DNA of 64,000 bases from Macrostomum lignano (GCA_002269645.1 NIVC01000764.1:186001-250000); one strand, 5' to 3'. Shown: positions 22,655 to 35,964, counted from the stretch's first letter. Program-made: numbers and translations. The notes: generated from the letters alone by a model not told the origin.

Positions 22655-25600
22655 CGAAAAACAAAAAACAACAAAAAACAAAATACGCTGTCATGATGGT
22701 AAAAGTCAGCGTCACAGGGCGCGCTTCATGGCTTGGGCGCGAACAAAGGCCGCGCCACCGGCAGTGTCCGGGGCGCCGGCGTCAGCCAGCAGACAGTCGA
22801 CATAACGCCGAGTTCGCGCTTGACCTCGCCGGTAGGGTGCCTGCAGCGTGAGCAGCAGCACCTCCTGCACCGGCTGTGGGCAGTACGACTCGGCGCGGAT
22901 GAGATGGCCTGCGAGCTGGAGTCGCCGACGGCGCAGATCACTTGGACGTGGCAGGCCAGCGCGGCGATAGAGTGCCGCGTTGGTGACTCGCTCGACGCCG
23001 ATGTTGAAGGCGGCGCGCAGCAGACCAGCGTGCGCCGCATCGACTTGCTGTTCGAGTGAGTCCGTCAGCGTCCAGGTCTCGGCGTTGTACAGCAGGACGG
23101 TCTCGATTACCGCCTGGAACAGCGCCGCCCTCTGGCGGTCCGGTAGGGCCTCGGACTGCAGGACTGCCCTCACAGAACGAAAGGCAGCCCAGGCAAGCCC
23201 GCGGCGGCGTCGCAGGTCCTCGCGAGCGTCTGGAACCAGACCGCCGAGGTAGACGAACTGCTGACATCGCGGGAGTTCGGTCGCCTGCCCGTCAGCGCCT
23301 CGGCAAAATATTGCAGCCTCGATGTCGTCCGGCACGCAGAGCACAACGGTCTTCTGCGTGTTGACCACCAGGCCGACACTCGCCGCAACGGCAACCAGCC
23401 TGTCCAGCTGCCGTTGGGCGCCCTCGACGGTCGAGGACAGCAGGGCGAGGTCGTCGGCGTAGCCAAGCACGCTGAGCCGCTTCTCCGGTTGACGTCGACC
23501 CACGCGTCGCTGCAGCAGAAAACCGTCGTCGTCGGTAGGAAGAGCAGTCCGCAGCACCCAGTCAAGCACCAGGACGAACAGAAACGGCGCCAGCGTATCT
23601 CCCTGAAGCACTCCGGAGGATGTCTCAAAGGAGTCCGATAGGCCGTCCGGTGTTGTCACAGCAGCTGTCGTATCACGGTACATCGCCATGACGGCGGAGA
23701 TCAGCTGCTCAGGCACGTTGTACGCGCGGAGCACCATTGGAAGCACGGCTCTGACAACCGAGTCGAATGCCTTCTTGAAATCAATAAAGATTAAAATCAG
23801 TATCGACTGACGAATCCGCGCCTCCTCGATGACTCGGCGAAGAGCCAGGATCTGCGCCACTGTGCCGCGATGGGGCCGGAACCCGTTCTGCTCTGGGCGC
23901 AGGTACGGATCCAGCACGGGCTGCAACCGCGAAAGCAGCATCCGGTTGAACAGCTTCGCTGCACAGGACTGAAGGCAGATGCCTCGATGGTCTTCAAGCC
24001 TAGTGGTGCCCGGCTTCTTTGGAACAGCGACGATGTGCGCCGTGGTCCATTCGTTGGGCGCCGCCTCACCGAAGAGCACGCGGTTCATCACTCTGGCGAC
24101 CTCAGCGGCCACACAGGGGATGCGCAGCGCCTCGATGGGCACCTCGTCCGGACCCAGCGCTTTCCCGCCCGGTGACTGCTGGGCGAGCTTGACAACGTCG
24201 GCTGCGTTGACTGGGGCTACGCTGAAACTCTCCTCTGCCGGCAGCGGCGTCTCCGGCGGCAGCGTCAGACTGTCTGGCAGCGGGGGTGGCGGCGCGTTGA
24301 CGATGGCGGCGAAGAACTCGCGCAGCTCGTTCCTACGCTCGTCCGGCGTGTCACCAGCCAGGTTCAGCGGATTGCGCCGCTTTCGTCCCGTCAGAGCGTT
24401 GATGGCGGACCAGGCCACGCGCCCTCTGGCATCGGGCCCAGCGGCAGAGACAGCCTGAATGGCGTCATCGACAGCCGCTTGTTGGCGCTGCAGGTAGACA
24501 GCTGCCAGAGCTGCCTCTGCCTCGCGGGTTGGTCGCCTGCTCAAGCGGAGCTTCTCCAGATCTTCCCTCGCTGCCTGAATCGCGGGGTCGTCCTGCCAGA
24601 CCGGCTGCCCACGTTGAGCCGGCTGCATCATCGGGACTGCTTGCTCCGCGGCGGTTCTGATTGCAGCGCACACTTCCGCATACTCGGCACTTCCACGCTT
24701 GTCGCCCAGCGCGGTGTTAAAGGCGCTAGCAAAGCGACGCTGCGTATCGGTGGCTCTGAGCGCGCGGTAGTAGCGCCGCGGTGGCCGCTTCGGCGGACGG
24801 TAGAGCGGATCGCGAAGGTTGAGGTCGCAGATGAGGAGCCGGTGATCGGACCGCAGAGCCAGCGGCGTGATGGTGCGGCAGTTGACGGCGCGACGACGCT
24901 CACGGAAACGCACGAGCACGTGGTCGAGCTGTGCTTGTCTCCGGGTTGCGTTCCTGCCACGCGCGTTCCGTCGCCTCCGCTTGCAGCCCACGAAGGTTGC
25001 GAGACCGCTCAGTGGCTTGCGGAAGCGGGTGTTGGCCGACACCATGTCCTGCCTCTCCAGGAAGTCCTCTAGTGCCTCGGTGTTGTTGTTCCCGCGTGGC
25101 GTCACGAACAGCGACCTCTCGGACCTACGCAGGACTGCGTTCAGGTCTCCGAGGGCGACCGCTGTGTCACGCTGCGCCGTCGCCTCTACCTGCACTGAGA
25201 GCTGCTCGAAAAACTCTTGAGCCTCGTCAGGGCGTGTGGCAGGGGGCGCGTACGCGCAGAACAGGCGAGCATTCCGACCGCGTAGCCGGACGTCGATCCG
25301 AAGCAACCGGGGGACAGGGAGATGCAGCGACAGCTCTGCTGCAGCCTCGGCCCGATCAGCGCTCCAACTCCTCCACGGCCTCGCTGGTCCGCAGAAGTAT
25401 AGTAGAGGGTCCACCCGGCGCCCAAGTCCTCACAATGAAGTCCCGGGTCGGCCTTGATAGACACCTCCTGCAGCGAGATGATGTCGCAGCTCAGGTCGTA
25501 CGCCAGCTTCGCCAGCACCCCTCTACGCCAAGCAGCCTTGAGAGTGCGGCAGTTGAGCGTCCCGACCCGAAGCATGCCCTGTGGTACGGCTGGGGCTCGA

Positions 25601-25830
25601 TGCAGTTGAGCCTCACGGTCCCCGGCGCCACCCGGAGGATCCGAGTGGACCGCGCGGCAGCTCGACGGGCGGCGCCACGCAGCCGGCCTCGTCGGTTCCG
25701 CTCACGCCGGCGCTCAACACGCCGACGGGCGCTCCGCTGCCCTCGCTTGGTCCTGCCGCATTTGGCCGCCGCAGCAGTTAAGCGCGGCTCTCCGCTCTGA
25801 CCACGAGGAGGTAGCGGCATTTATCTGCAC
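22655..25830 (-). mobile_element. RTE-clade non-LTR retrotransposon, near full length
   Basis: Single APE+RT reading frame, short 3' UTR with hairpin and TTG/TTTTTG tail; 5' boundary approximate, no TSD found. Confidence 0.88.
22712..25575 (-). CDS. APE endonuclease + reverse transcriptase ORF with one frameshift near 25310
   Basis: GTLNCRTL, SLQEV, GDLNA, SDH (APE); QNGFRPHRG, IDFKKAFDSV, GVLQGDTLAPFLF, YADD (RT); LLYNAETWTL and RRGQARTRRY C-terminus typical of RTE. Confidence 0.9.
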
Positions 25831-26979
25831 CGTGGTGCAAATAAATTAAGACGAGGACGAGTACGAGTTTATTGATAACAGCAGATGGCAGAGAAGATAA
25901 TGCTATATGGTGTACACTCGCGCGTCATCAATGACAATTGGTTAGTGTTACCTCTGAGAGACGCGATATAGATTAGTTGGATTAGCCAAGCAATGCTTGC
26001 AGCTACGGAGGAAATCTCAGACTGCGTGAACTTCGATAGTGCGCTATCATATGACACTGGCATTGCGCACAAGTCTTCTAGGCCCGAAAGTACACGAATT
26101 ATTCTTAAATGCCACGGTTACTGATAGCCGTCTCTGCGATAGCTTGACCCTATCTGCAAAAATCACAACGTAGATTTTATATTCAGTCTAATTTCAAGTT
26201 CGAGCAATAATCTAAAGTTTTTTCTGCTATAGTAAAACTTATTATTATGTAGGCCTTCTATTCCGTTATTGTAATTACAATACTCCAGTAGTTAGGTTAT
26301 ATAAAAATCCGTCTATACTTAAAATAAGTGGTTAATTGGCAATCGCTAGTCCAGTCGTAGGGGAAAGTGACTGATACCGCATCTTGAGCTTCGCATTACT
26401 CCCTTCGGTTGTTCTGATGGGCATCGATACGAGTAAACACCTTGATTTACTCGAGAGGTCGCTCTATTGTGCGCAGGCGGATACAAGTTACATAGTGCCT
26501 GTATGAAAATCTGGCCATGATAGTCAAACCTCTGCTCCCCGCCCAGCCACTGTCTTGATGGTAGACAAGCCGTTTCATGAAGCTGGACTGAATGATTCGC
26601 CTTCCACTACTAGCCTTTATGGCATTATAGGAAATGGTAAGCTTACTGCCTCTGATCCTAATAGGAGTAAAAATTTATTGTCATTGTACAATAAAAATAT
26701 GAATACTTCAAGTTTTTAACGTCTCCTTGTCGTCTCCTTGTCGCCCGAGGATTTCTCATTAACGCCCGCAAAGCATAAGTATTACTATCATTTTGCCATA
26801 GACATTTGTGTCCTTGACAAAGTGGGACAAAATTAGCATTAGAGTAAGTTTGAAATAGACAATCGGGCGTTAAATGTCATTGTACCACGACCTTTGTGCC
26901 CGCTGGGCACTTATTCTTGCCTTTTAATGCCATAAACTACATTTAAGCCCGCTGGGAGGGAGGGACAAAAGAGGAATGG

Positions 26980-27948
26980 ATGAAGAGTGATGCGGCCCCC
27001 AAATTCTATAAGAGATATGTTGATGACACTCTTTTGGTTTTCAACGAAGGGACTGACTATAGCCGATTCTTAGACATTTTGAACAGCACTCATCCCAACA
27101 TAAAGTTCACTGCTGAAGAAGGTGGGAAATCTATACCTTTTTTAGACATTCAGATTAATTTTGAAAACGATTGTGTGTCCACCAAAGTTTATCGTAAACC
27201 CACCTACACTGGTCTTCTGCTAAACTTCAATGCTCTCTGCCCAACCCAGTGGAAAGTGGGCCTGCTGCGTGGTATGCTCCACCGGGCTTTCGAAATCTGT
27301 AGCACCTGGACTAGTTTCCATGAAGAAATTTGCTTAATTAGCACCTATTTTTCCAAAAACAACTACCCGAAACGGTTCCTCGATTACCACATTAGGAAAT
27401 TCATTGATGGTAAAGTCGCGAATCCGAACAATAGACAGAATAGGGAAGAACAGAAAGATCTGAGGATTGATTGCACCCATATCTCCATTCCTTTCTATGG
27501 GCCTGCTTCTGTTCATTTTAAAAAGAACCTCATCAGAGCGTTTAATAAGTATTTAAATGTGAAGCTCATGGTCACTTTCCGTTGCGAGAAAATCGGTCGT
27601 TTTGTCAAGAATTTGAAATGCCGCGTTCCCAGCTCCTTACGGACAGGTGTCGTTTACCAATTTCAATGCTCTGACGACCAGAGTATCACCTACATAGGTG
27701 AAACTACCCGACACCTGTACCTGAGAAGTAGAGAACATAGGCAAAAGATGTCGGCCGTGCACGACCACCTGATGATATGCAAAGAATGCTGTGACAGCCA
27801 AATAGATAAAAACTTTTCCACCATCCATGCGTGCTCAAATGAGTACAGACTAAAAGTGCTTGAAGCCCTGTATATAAAATCGCGTAAACCAATCCTAAAT
27901 AAGCAACTTGCCAATCATGGTGCCAGTGCCCTCCTTAGAGTATTCTAG
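26980..27948 (+). CDS. Penelope-like element ORF, 5'-truncated (RT C-terminal half + GIY-YIG endonuclease)
   Basis: RYVDD, HPNIKFT, PFLD, VYRKPT; GVVYQFQC...YIGETTRHL..R..EH...LEALYI..KPILN. Confidence 0.92.
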   Translation: MKSDAAPKFYKRYVDDTLLVFNEGTDYSRFLDILNSTHPNIKFTAEEGGKSIPFLDIQINFENDCVSTKVYRKPTYTGLLLNFNALCPTQWKVGLLRGMLHRAFEICSTWTSFHEEICLISTYFSKNNYPKRFLDYHIRKFIDGKVANPNNRQNREEQKDLRIDCTHISIPFYGPASVHFKKNLIRAFNKYLNVKLMVTFRCEKIGRFVKNLKCRVPSSLRTGVVYQFQCSDDQSITYIGETTRHLYLRSREHRQKMSAVHDHLMICKECCDSQIDKNFSTIHACSNEYRLKVLEALYIKSRKPILNKQLANHGASALLRVF

Positions 27949-27965
27949 GTGTACACTTGTGCTCA

Positions 27966-27987
27966 TCTCACTCTCTCTCTCTCTCTC

Positions 27988-28041
<54 letters not shown>

Positions 28042-28050
28042 CCTCTCTCC
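27966..28050. repeat. (CT)n microsatellite in the Penelope 3' region
   Basis: Visible run. Confidence 0.95.
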
Positions 28051-28185
28051 CCTCATTGCAACTCTGTGAGCGCTCCGTCGGACTGTACAATCTACTGTTA
28101 ATTTATATACATTTCTGATTTTTATCGACCCGTTCTTACTCTTAATTGTTAAATATAAATGAACAAATAAATCATTACTAATTTT

Positions 28186-28230
28186 AAGAGCCTGAAGATG
28201 CCTGACGCGAGGCGAAACATGTCGCATAAA
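28186..28230 (+). ncRNA. Minimal type I hammerhead ribozyme motif in the Penelope 3' terminus
   Basis: CTGAAGA 28192-28198; stem II GCCT/AGGC; GAAAC 28214-28218; palindromic ACATGT stem III; GTC cleavage triplet ending at 28223. Confidence 0.72.
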
Positions 28231-29217
28231 AAATGACAGCGCTCACCTTCTTAATTCTCGTATTAAGGAAGCAAGTTATATGTGAGTGACTATTTAGCTA
28301 AGCTAAAAAAGCTAGTAGTCTCATAATTTAAAACTAACGAGCTCGTCGTCCGCAAGCTATTTATTAAAACTGCAATATTTTAAAAAGCCTCAACCAGACG
28401 CACAAAAATGCTAAAAGTCTAAGGAATTTTGAGCACAACGTTAATAACCGCAGTGCTCAGACACTTTCCGGACTTCCCCCTAATGCCGAAGTAATTATTT
28501 ACCTCCTTTATTGTCGTCTGCCCCTAGCCTGCAATTCCAATTGCAGCGTCTCCTCTCCCCTCACGGCTAATAAACAAGACGCGCAAGGATTTGTACTTTT
28601 ATAAGGAAAGCGAGCGGGATTCTAAAAATAAAAACACGCGCATATTACAATAAAAAAATCAACAACAAAAAAGTTTTCAAAGCTTAAAAATAAAACGCAG
28701 TTATCCAAATAATGTTTGGATTACTATTGTCGATAATTGGGCCACTATCGACTCGCTGCCTCTTAAGGAGACCCAGGAAACTAGAATCACGGATTGGCAA
28801 TCAAGCTTCGTATGCCACACAGAAATTATGACAACTATATTGGCAAAAGATAAACACCAGATCTTTGTTCAAAATCTCCATGGTGTGCAAGTCTAATAAT
28901 GAAGACATCAAGAAAAATATCCTACATAGCAGCCGGTCCCTGTTTTCAAGATTGTTTAAAAAAGCCCCCCCCCCTGGTGTAAAACTATACATAAAGTACT
29001 TTCCCATCGAGTCAGCTCCCATGCATATTACTCAAATACTCTAACAAGGCCAACGGACCCGTATGGCCTTATTAAAATCCAACTGCGCAATTCATAGGGC
29101 AACTTAGTGCGAAAACTGCTGTATAATAAACTTGCCAAAAAAGTGGAAAGAATTACATACCAAAACCATGGCAGCCTGAATATAGCAACGAAATTTAAGA
29201 CAAGTCATTTATACTGC

Positions 29218-30005
29218 AACTCAGATGTCAAAATGAGACACTTCATCTCACTAGACTCAGATGTGAAAAAGAGACACTCCATCTCACTAGACTCAGATGT
29301 GAAAAAGAGACACTCCATCTCACTAGATTCAGGTGTGAAAAAGAGACACTTCATCTCACTAGACTCAGGTGTGAAATGAGACACTCCATCTCACTAGACT
29401 CAGATGTGAAAAAGAGACACTCCATCTCACTAGACTCAGATGTGAAAAAGAGACACTCCATCTCACTAGATTCAGGTGTGAAAAAGAGACACTTCATCTC
29501 ACTAGACTCAGGTGTGAAATGAGACACTCCATCTCACTAGACTCAGATGTGAAAAAGAGACACTCCATCTCACTAGATTCAGGTGTGAAAAAGAGACACT
29601 CCATCTCACTAGACTCAGATGTGAAAAAGAGACACTCCATCTCACTAGATTCAGGTGTGAAAAAGAGACACTCCATCTCACTAGACTCAGGTGTGAAAAA
29701 GAGACACTCCATCTCACTAGATTCAGGTGTGAAAAAGAGACACTTCATCTCACTAGACTCAGGTGTGAAATGAGACAATTCATCTCACTAGACTCAAATG
29801 TGAAATGAGACACTCCATCTCACTAGACTGAGGTGTGAAATGAGACACTCCATCTCACTAGACTCAGATGTGAAAAAGAGACACTCCATCTCACTAGATT
29901 CAGGTGTGAAATGAGACACTTCATTTCACTAGACTGAGGTGTGAAAAGAGACACTTCATTTCACTAGACTCAGATGTGAATTGAGGACTCAGATGTGAAA
30001 TGAGA
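29218..30005. repeat. About 35-bp minisatellite (catctcactagactcagatgtgaaaaagagacact)
   Basis: Visible tandem units. Confidence 0.95.
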
Positions 30006-30344
30006 TAACGCGACACCTGATCTCGTGAATCAAATATGGAATATCAAATGAGACACTACATCAATCGTTCTTATTTAAAATCATTCTTTTTTAACTCGCA
30101 TTTCTGTAGTTTAAATATTTTTCATATCAAGCAACTCGAGCATCCTGCGCTTATATTTTTCACATTCATAAATCCGAACCATTTTTTGGACAGCGGCTGA
30201 CTGCATGGGGCGCGTGCCCCAGTTACTGGACAGGAGAGAGACGCGGGCACGCCGGTGTGACCTCAGATTTCAAAGACGGGGAAGTACGAATGCATTGTAC
30301 AGCCGTAAGACCTATCTTGGACTTTTAAACTTAAACTAAGTCGA

Positions 30345-30840
30345 CAAGAGCTCAAGGACGTCAGGTAAAATTACTCAGGTCTACAAGAACTCAAGGACGT
30401 CAGGTAGAATTACTCAGGTCTACAAGAACTCAAGGACGTCAGGTAGAATTGCTCAAGTCGACAAGAGCTCAAGGACGTCAGGTAAAAGTACTCAGATCTA
30501 CAGGAACTCAAGGACATCAAGTAGAAGTACTCAGGTCTACAAGACCTCAAGGACGTCAGGTAGAATTGCTCAAGTCGACAAGAGCTCAAGGACGTCAGGT
30601 AAAAGTACTCAGATCTACAGGAACTCAAGGACATCAAGTAGAAGTACTCAGGTCTACAAGACCTCAAGGACGTCAGGTAGAATTGCTCAAGTCGACAAGA
30701 GCTCAAGGACGTCAGGTAAAAGTACTCAGATCTACAAGAACTCAAGGACGAGGTAGAATTGCTTGCTTAGATAGACAAGAACTCATAAAATTCAGGTAGA
30801 ATTAACCAGAAAGACAAGAACTCTAGGACGTCAGGTAGAA
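30345..30840. repeat. 39-bp minisatellite with 117-bp higher-order unit
   Basis: caagaactcaaggacgtcaggtagaattactcaggtcta; the translated repeat has a 39-aa period. Confidence 0.92.
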
Positions 30841-30968
30841 TTGCTTGGATAGAACAGACTCAATGAGAATTGCTCACATGGGCAAAGAACTCAATCAAAG
30901 CTAAGGATTTGGAGACAAAGGATCAAGAAAGCAAGATAATTCTCAGTAAATTACATGCTTCAACCTAC

Positions 30969-30977
30969 CTGATGATC
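30969..30977 (-). CDS. Candidate 9-nt microexon (DHQ) of the receptor
   Basis: ctctctgatctgatcaccttcag|GATCATCAG|gtaggt; phase 0/0. Confidence 0.25.
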
Positions 30978-31571
30978 CTGAAGGTGATCAGATCAGAGAG
31001 TAGGACAGTCTAATACACGGTTAATGCTAGGCAAGAGAGGCGTGCTTAAAGATTAACTGATTTAACTGACACTGAAGCTCATTTTATTCAATCGAGGACA
31101 GGGCGCACACACAAATGCAAAAGCGGAGCTGTTGTCGGCAAACAAGAAAAAGATAAATTAAAATTTGCAATGCTAATTTTTACAAGTACATTCAACCCGA
31201 TTGCGGGCGAACTGAATTGAAAGAAGTGAAGAGCTCAAAAATACGCAGGATATAAAGTCTGTATGTAGAAAAACTGATTGACAAAAAAGAGAAGAGTCAG
31301 AGGTTTGTTAAACTTCGTAGCATTCAATGCATTAGAAGATTATTAGTGTTCTGTGTTCTACATCATGTTTAGTACGAGGGGTGTTGTAAAGTTTCCACGC
31401 TTGAAGCAACAAACGCATGGGTTTTATAAAACGATCTGTAAATTTAAATTGTCTCTGGCTATCCAGTCACTGATGTTGTTTTTCCTTGCCGCTGACATGT
31501 CAGAATGAAGTTCCGTTGGCTCTCAGCAAGCAGCAAGTTGCCCGTGGCAAATGTAAAATGAGCTGCCTAGG

Positions 31572-32380
31572 CCATGGCTCAATATGGGATTTGCTGAGAT
31601 GCCATGGCTCAATATGGGATTTGCTGAGATGCCATGGCTCAATATGGGATTTGCTGAGATGCCATGGCTCAATATGGGATTTGCTGAGATGCCATGGCTC
31701 AATGGGGGGATTTGCTGAGATGCCATGGCTCAATATGGGATTTGCTGAGATGCCATGGCTCAATATGGGATTTGCTGAGATGCCATGGCTCAATATGGGA
31801 TTTGCTGAGATGCCATGGCTCAATATGGGATTTGCTGAGATGCCATGGCTCAATATGGGATTTGCTGAGATGCCATGGCTCAATATGGGATTTGCTGAGA
31901 TGCCATGGCTATATGGGATTTGCTGAGATGCCATGGCTCAATGGGGGGAGTTGCTGAGATGCCATGGCTCAATGGGGGGAGTTGCTGAGATGCCATGGCT
32001 CAATGGGGGAGTTGCTGAGATGCCATGGCTCAATGGGGGAGTTGCTGAGATGCCATGGCTCAATGGGGGAGTTGCTGAGATGCTATGACTCAATCAGGGA
32101 GTTGCTGAGATGCCATGGCTCAATGGGGGAGTTGCTGAGATGCCATGGCTCAATGGGGGAGTTGCTGAGACGCTATGACTCAATCAGGGAGTTGCTGAGA
32201 TGCCATGGCTCAATGGGGGGAGTTGCTGAGATGCCATGGCTCAATGGGGGGAGTTGCTGAGATGCCATGGCTCAATGGGGGGAGTTGCTGAGATGCCATG
32301 GCTCAATGGGGGAGTTGCTGAGATGCCATGGCTCAATGGGGGAGTTGCTGAGATGCTATGACTCAATCAGGGAGTTGCTC
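31572..32380. repeat. About 30-bp minisatellite (ttgctgagatgccatggctcaatatgggat), changing variant mid-array
   Basis: Visible tandem units. Confidence 0.95.
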
Positions 32381-33062
32381 AGATACCAATGAGATTACTA
32401 CTATCATATTTCATGACAGGTATAGCCGCTGAGTCATATTGTCCGAAATACATAGTACATAGTATTTTTAATGTATTGTACTTTGTCAAGAAGAAACAAA
32501 ACAGCAATTTCGCTTTCTTTTGTTGTTGCTGCTGACGCACCTGCGTCTAGACACTTAATTAAAACCATAGAAACGCAACAATTTATAGCAATGAATGGAT
32601 GAAATTATCCAAGAAATATTGCATTGCAACGCCCTTAATTCAAATACTAAAAGCAGACAGAGAAGCAATAGAAATATTAAATAATATTAAAGGCGCGGTC
32701 CGTTTCTGCGGCTTCTCTTGCCGCTAAATCGGAATTTCTACAATTTTTTCTCTTTTAGAAGCAGCAAAAAGCAACACAACCGATAGAAACCCTTCAACAG
32801 TAGCAGCAGAAAGAAATTGGTGCAGTCAAGCATCGTTTGAAACTAAAAGCAGTTAAGCTAACAATAATTTGATCAGTACGTCTGCTTCAATTGCGTCTAG
32901 ACGTATAACAATAAAATAAAAAACAATTTTCATAATCAAAATGAACTACTTGGCTAAGTAGAGAAATAGGAGAATACCAACAATTTTTATATAGAAAACA
33001 CATTGGATTTAGATAGAAAAGATTTTCATTTTTAGTATTTAGATAGAAAAATAACGACTTAC

Positions 33063-33159
33063 CTGTTCATCATTGACGTACAATTCGGTATTATTAGCTC
33101 TGGGTGGCCACTGCTGAGCCTGAGCTGACAGCATTAGTGAGAACGGCTGTGTGAGGGCT
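33063..33159 (-). CDS. Candidate distal 5' exon of the receptor (...MLSAQAQQWPPRANNTELYVNDEQ)
   Basis: Acceptor ccccattccag, donor CAG|GTAAGT; open frame ending in phase 0, compatible with the exon at 19092. Confidence 0.5.
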
Positions 33160-33242
33160 CTGGAATGGGGCGAGAAGTTTCGATGCACAAGCTGCATTGC
33201 ACTGACTGACGACTATCGATATGATGAGGCAACTAGAACTCA

Positions 33243-33785
33243 GGGAGTGTGGCGGGTGTCTGCATTGGATGAGGGAGGGTAGCGGGTGTCTGCACTGAGT
33301 GAGGGAGGGTAGCGGGTGTCTGCACTGAGTGAGGGAGGGTAGCGGGTGTCTGCACTGAGTGAGGGAGGCTAGCGGGTGTCTGCAGTGGGTGAGGGAGGGT
33401 AGCAGGTGTCTGCAGTGGGTGAGGGAGGGTAGCAGGTGTCTGCAGTGGGTGAGGGAGGGTAGCAGGTGTCTGCAGTGGGTGAGGGAGGGTAGCAGGTGTC
33501 TGCAGTGGGTGATGGAGGCTAGCGGGTGTCTGCACTGAGAGGGAGGCTAGCGGGTGTCTGCACTGAGTGAGGGAGGCTAGCGGGTGTCTGCAGTGGGTGA
33601 GGGAGGGTAGCAGGTGTCTGCAGTGGGTGAGGGAGGGTAGCAGGTGTCTGCAGTGGGTGAGGGAGGGTAGCAGGTGTCTGCAGTGGGTGAGGGAGGGTAG
33701 CGGGTGTCTGCAATGGTGATGGGGAGGGTAGCGGGTGTCTGCACTGAGAGGGAGGCTAGCGGGTGTCTGCAGTGGGTGAGGGAGG
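33243..33785. repeat. 30-bp minisatellite (gagggagggtagcaggtgtctgcagtgggt)
   Basis: Fills the gap between two candidate small exons. Confidence 0.95.
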
Positions 33786-33790
33786 CTCAC

Positions 33791-33831
33791 TCCACAGCCA
33801 ATGCGACCCAGCACAGGTGAGCTAAATTAAG
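33791..33831 (-). CDS. Candidate 41-nt exon
   Basis: gcactgcag|CTT...GGA|gtgagc; phase 0/2, which links 36852 in frame to 33159. Confidence 0.3.
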
Positions 33832-34334
33832 CTGCAGTGCTTTAAAAAACGCCCAGTGCTACCACTACAATTTAGAAGGACATTTGAGAAGCTGTCGATT
33901 CCTCGCTCAGTCAGTAGCCGGGGGGGGGGGGTGACAACAGACGCCAGACAGGAAATGGACAGAAGCAACAATGCGCAGGAAACACATCCATACACTGTGT
34001 GATGAGTAGAAGCAGGCTATTCTGAGAAAAGTCGATAATCTTGGAAAAAAATTCGCTGCCCTCTCACCCAACTTCCGGCACGCTTTCAATCTAGTAATCA
34101 TGTAACGAGTGAGTGTCAGGGGGAGGTAAAGAGCTGGCGAGGATCAAGTTAACAGCAGGAGCATGGCAACCAGCAGATTGTCAAATGGCGACAATTAGCA
34201 AATATGCGACTGCCATCAAAGGGCAGAGCAGGGCAGGGGGGGGGCGTAGGAAAGGCTGCAGTGCGGTGGCACTCTTGCCATGGCTATTCTGTGACTGCTA
34301 TGCATGCTTAGGCCAACAGCATCCATTACATCAC

Positions 34335-35275
34335 ATCAACAGTATCAATCTCAGCATATATCTATCATACAAGATTAAACTTATCAATCACACAAGATCA
34401 ATATTATCAATCAGACAATATCATTATTATCAATCACACAAGATCATATATACTAAAAATACAACACTAAAAATCACACAATATCAACAGTATCGATCAC
34501 AGCACATCAACAGTATCAATCACACAAAATGAACAATATTATCAGACAAGGGCAATATTATCAATCAGACAAGGGCAATATTATCAACCAGACAAGGGCA
34601 ATATTATCAACCAGACAAGGGCAATATTATCAATCAGACAAGGGCAATATTATCAATCAGACAAGGGCAATATTATCAATCAGACAAGGTCAATATTATC
34701 AATCAGACAAGGACAATATTATCAATCAGACAAGGGCAATATTATCAACCAGACAAGGGCAATATTATCAATCAGACAAGGACAATATTATCAATCAGAC
34801 AAGTTCAATATTATCAATCAGACAAGGTCAATATTATCAACCAGACAAGGACAATATTATCAATCAGACAAGGACAATATTATCAATCAGACAAGGACAA
34901 TATTATCAATCAGACAAGGACAATATTATTAATCAGACAAGGGCAATATTATCAATCAGACAAGGAGAATATTATTAATCAGACAAGGGCAATATTATCA
35001 ATCAGACAAGGTCAATATTATCAATCATATAAGGTAAATATTATCAATCAGACAAGGACAATATTATCAATCAGACAAGGACAATATTATCAATCAGACA
35101 AGGGCAATATTATCAATCAGACAAGGACAATATTATTAATCAGACAAGGGCAATATTATCAATCAGACAAGGTCAATATTATCAATCATATAAGGTAAAT
35201 ATTATCAATCAGACAAGGGCAATATTATCACTCAGACAATATCAATATTATCAATCAGACAAGGTCAATATTATC
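34335..35275. repeat. 23-bp minisatellite (caatattatcaatcagacaaggg)
   Basis: Visible tandem units. Confidence 0.95.
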
Positions 35276-35964
35276 CATTCCCAAAGCCTACAAACCAGCT
35301 AGTTTCAAAGCAAAGCACACTGAATAGTCTCAGTTGCATTCGAATGAGACAACATTAAAAATAAATATTTAGTGTTGGTATATTTTTGTTAAAATACTGG
35401 AATATTTAATTCACTTTTGCCAATACTATTAATTAAATTAGAAAGCTGGGTAGAAGTATGAATTAAGTGAGGACAAAAAAAGTACAATAACTGCATGAGA
35501 GTCATACAGAGTGTGTTAAGTCATACAATGGTATACAATATACCCAGAACACGAGGCTAAAAGTACACGTATAAGTGCTTTTTGCATTTTCCTGATACAA
35601 ATGACAATAGAGACGCAAAATAATTGAGATAAAACGCTGTCTTTATGATATAAAAGTACAAAAAATAACTTGTTTTATCGGGCAACGTGCAAAGTCGACA
35701 CGAATCGACGTGTGGAATTTATTGAAGATTAATAATTCTTATCAGACTAGAAAAGCTGAAGCTTGGGTACATATTTTGTAAGGTTATTTTTGGCCCCAAG
35801 ACAAGACAACGATATTGACACTGGGAGCGGGTCTCAAAACGCAAAAGCAGAAATACAATGCTGTCGAAAACAAAGAGCAGAAAACACACAAAAGCCGCTT
35901 AAAATAGGTAAAAAGCGCTACCAATGGCAGGAAGCAGATTTATTTCAGGCATTTCAGATAATTA

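Noticed and set aside
22726-25800. Many overlapping alternative-frame and antisense ORFs in the RTE
   Set aside because: Expected shadow ORFs of GC-rich coding DNA
30185-30305. GC-rich plus-strand stretch ending in a GTAAGA donor-like site
   Set aside because: Could be an exon, but I found no partner exon or motif to support a nested gene
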